A stretch of DNA of 42,879 nucleotides, taken from IMG/VR virus record IMGVR_UViG_3300045988_132779, positions 1 to 42,879 of that record, one strand, 5' to 3'. The DNA is from a virus. The notes beneath the pieces are model-generated. The model searched no databases. It was not told where the DNA came from and saw only the letters and a program-made list of their open reading frames with translations. Shown in pieces: positions 41,471-42,879 of the stretch (within the stretch, counting starts at the first letter, position 1; each line of letters begins with the position of its first letter). The position numbers and the translations under genes are program-made.

Positions 41471-41826
41471 TGTTTGCCCTTCTCTCTAAGCGACCTTGAA
41501 ATCTCTGGGAACCATTTGTCTAAGAAGTCGAGCCATGGTTTCGGATGAAACAGATACCCCTTTTTGCCAGGCGGTGGATATGAAACTACGGTATCTTGCA
41601 AGAACTTGTGGAAGCGTGGGACGTTCAAGATATTGTTAACTACCCACGTGTTGTTATGTCCTTCGACATAGCTTGTTGCGGTTGTGAGCGTCCACATGCC
41701 TCGTGCTGCTAGCTTGCGTTTGAGTTCTTGGTTCTCCTTGATCATCTTTGCCAGTTCTTCTTCATCGACCGCTAAATACTTTTTGCTTGAAATCTGATCA
41801 TCTTCAACAACCTGCAACAACGGCAT
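41467..41826 (-). CDS. DUF771-like protein (putative excisionase/early regulator)
   Basis: WVVNNILNVPRFHKFLQDTVVSYPPPGKKGYLFHPKPWLDFLDKWFPEI resembles the DUF771 pattern found next to cro/ant in LAB phages. Confidence 0.55.
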   Translation of the reverse strand: MPLLQVVEDDQISSKKYLAVDEEELAKMIKENQELKRKLAARGMWTLTTATSYVEGHNNTWVVNNILNVPRFHKFLQDTVVSYPPPGKKGYLFHPKPWLDFLDKWFPEISRSLREKGKQ

Positions 41827-41884
41827 GGCATTTCCTCCTTTCCTGTGATTGCCTTCTGACGATGGACATGTTTTGCTCTTATCG

Positions 41885-42013
41885 TTAGGCGATTGACTTG
41901 ATGAGCTCCGCGATGGCTGCCACCATCTCGGGGCTTTTTCCTTTGTTCTTCAGTTGAGCAACAACAAACTCTGTAACGGCATTTTCTAGTTTTTCCTGTG
42001 TGCGTCCGTTCAT
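41885..42013 (-). CDS. Possible 42-aa helical protein
   Basis: The ATG directly follows the antirepressor stop (TAAATG), with GGAGG inside the last ant codons. Below the track cutoff. Confidence 0.45.
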   Translation of the reverse strand: MNGRTQEKLENAVTEFVVAQLKNKGKSPEMVAAIAELIKSIA

Positions 42014-42826
42014 TTAGACAGCCTCCTTAGCTCGCTTTAGTTCATCGGCAATAGCCTTAACGCCCTTATCAAAGTACATCCATTGAGGGACTTCTTTGTC
42101 GCTGTGTTGAGACTTGCTATTAGCCCATCGGCCATATTCGTTTTGCCCTGGCTGTTCGGCCTTAATTCCCAGTCGATTGGCAATGCGGCCAACCATTTGT
42201 CCAGATGATGCATGCACTTTTTTGGCTACCTCACCGGCGCTGTATTCCTTTTTAAGTAGTACCGGAATAGTCATCTCACCGGTGATCGATTCAGCTGCTT
42301 TCGCAAGCAATGCCTGTTTAGCTGTTTCTGATTTTGTTTGCATTGCAATCCGGTAAAGCAATGTTCCCTTGCGTGTTTGCGCATTTTCGCTCATAATTTC
42401 AAGCCGCTTGTCGGAATCGATACGCGGTTTAGTTACCTTGGCTTCTGCCCTCATGGTGAAGTAACCGTCGACAAGTTGGTCATATACTTCCCAAGCTTTG
42501 TCATCTTCAAGGATCTTCAGCAGCTTGGAGTACCCACGTTCGGATAGAAGGTAGATGTTGGCCGAGTTTGAAGCAGACTGTTTGGTGAACCCGAAACTCA
42601 ATGGCTCAAACCCATCGAGTTTTTTTAGGTCCAGAATATCGATGCCATCTTTGAAACGTTTACGGTTGTCATTGATACGTCGATTAATCTCACCAAGTGG
42701 CTGTTCATGAATCTGTGCGATGTCCTTAACCAACATCGCCTTTTTGTCTTTGCCGAACCCGCCTTCGATACCGGTGAATTCAATGCGGCCGATATGCTCA
42801 CGGCCAATTACTTTTAATTCGTTCAT
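42014..42826 (-). CDS. Phage antirepressor (ORF6N/KilA-N-like N-terminus, ORF6C-like C-terminus)
   Basis: EFTGIEGGFGKDKKAMLVKDIAQIHEQPLGEINRRINDNRKRFKDGIDILDL is ORF6N-like. ATG at 42826 with GGAGG 7 nt upstream. Co-oriented downstream of cro across the circular junction. Confidence 0.75.
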   Translation of the reverse strand: MNELKVIGREHIGRIEFTGIEGGFGKDKKAMLVKDIAQIHEQPLGEINRRINDNRKRFKDGIDILDLKKLDGFEPLSFGFTKQSASNSANIYLLSERGYSKLLKILEDDKAWEVYDQLVDGYFTMRAEAKVTKPRIDSDKRLEIMSENAQTRKGTLLYRIAMQTKSETAKQALLAKAAESITGEMTIPVLLKKEYSAGEVAKKVHASSGQMVGRIANRLGIKAEQPGQNEYGRWANSKSQHSDKEVPQWMYFDKGVKAIADELKRAKEAV

Positions 42827-42879
42827 CACTATGCCTCCTTGTAAATCTCATCGCGAGATATTAGTCTTCAAAAAAAAGA
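42739..42879. repeat. Terminal direct repeat, copy 2
   Basis: Identical to 1..141. Confidence 0.9.

Noticed and set aside
1-42879. CRISPR arrays, retron/DGR (reverse transcriptase), transposase/IS elements
   Set aside because: I could find no repeat-spacer array, no RT-like ORF and no transposase-like ORF on either strand.

Overview
The window is one complete temperate siphovirus (prophage-type) genome of a Lactobacillaceae-like host. It is circularly permuted: bases 1-141 are identical to 42739-42879, an assembly overlap, giving a unit length of about 42,738 bp. The overlap cuts through the antirepressor gene. The + strand carries only the lysogeny arm: a LexA-like cI repressor, five small membrane or unknown morons, and a tyrosine integrase that reads into an attP-like region with ATTTTGTGCA arm repeats. 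Everything else runs on the - strand. In order this is cro, antirepressor, a DUF771 Xis-like gene and small ORFs, then the replication/recombination module (Gp157, AAA_24 ATPase, SF2 helicase, AP2 protein, DUF669 SSB, primase-helicase, iteron origin, VRR-NUC). Next come small early ORFs, YopX and an ArpU late regulator, followed by an accessory island, then HNH, a cos-like region, P27 terS, terL, HK97-type head genes and tail genes, and finally XkdX, holin and a Sec-signal GH25/LysM lysin. A dinJ-yafQ TA pair and a protease operon sit next to attP. The most unusual regions are: (1) an SDH/ClpP-fold serine protease coupled to an unannotated 48-aa ORF at the lysin/attP end; (2) the 29.5-31.1 kb island, with a 286-aa orphan gene, a non-canonical tRNA-like element, and two + strand promoter-hairpin-terminator cassettes antisense to the - strand transcription; (3) the five-gene cI-int moron cluster. 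All functions are inferred by eye from motifs, and no database search was run.
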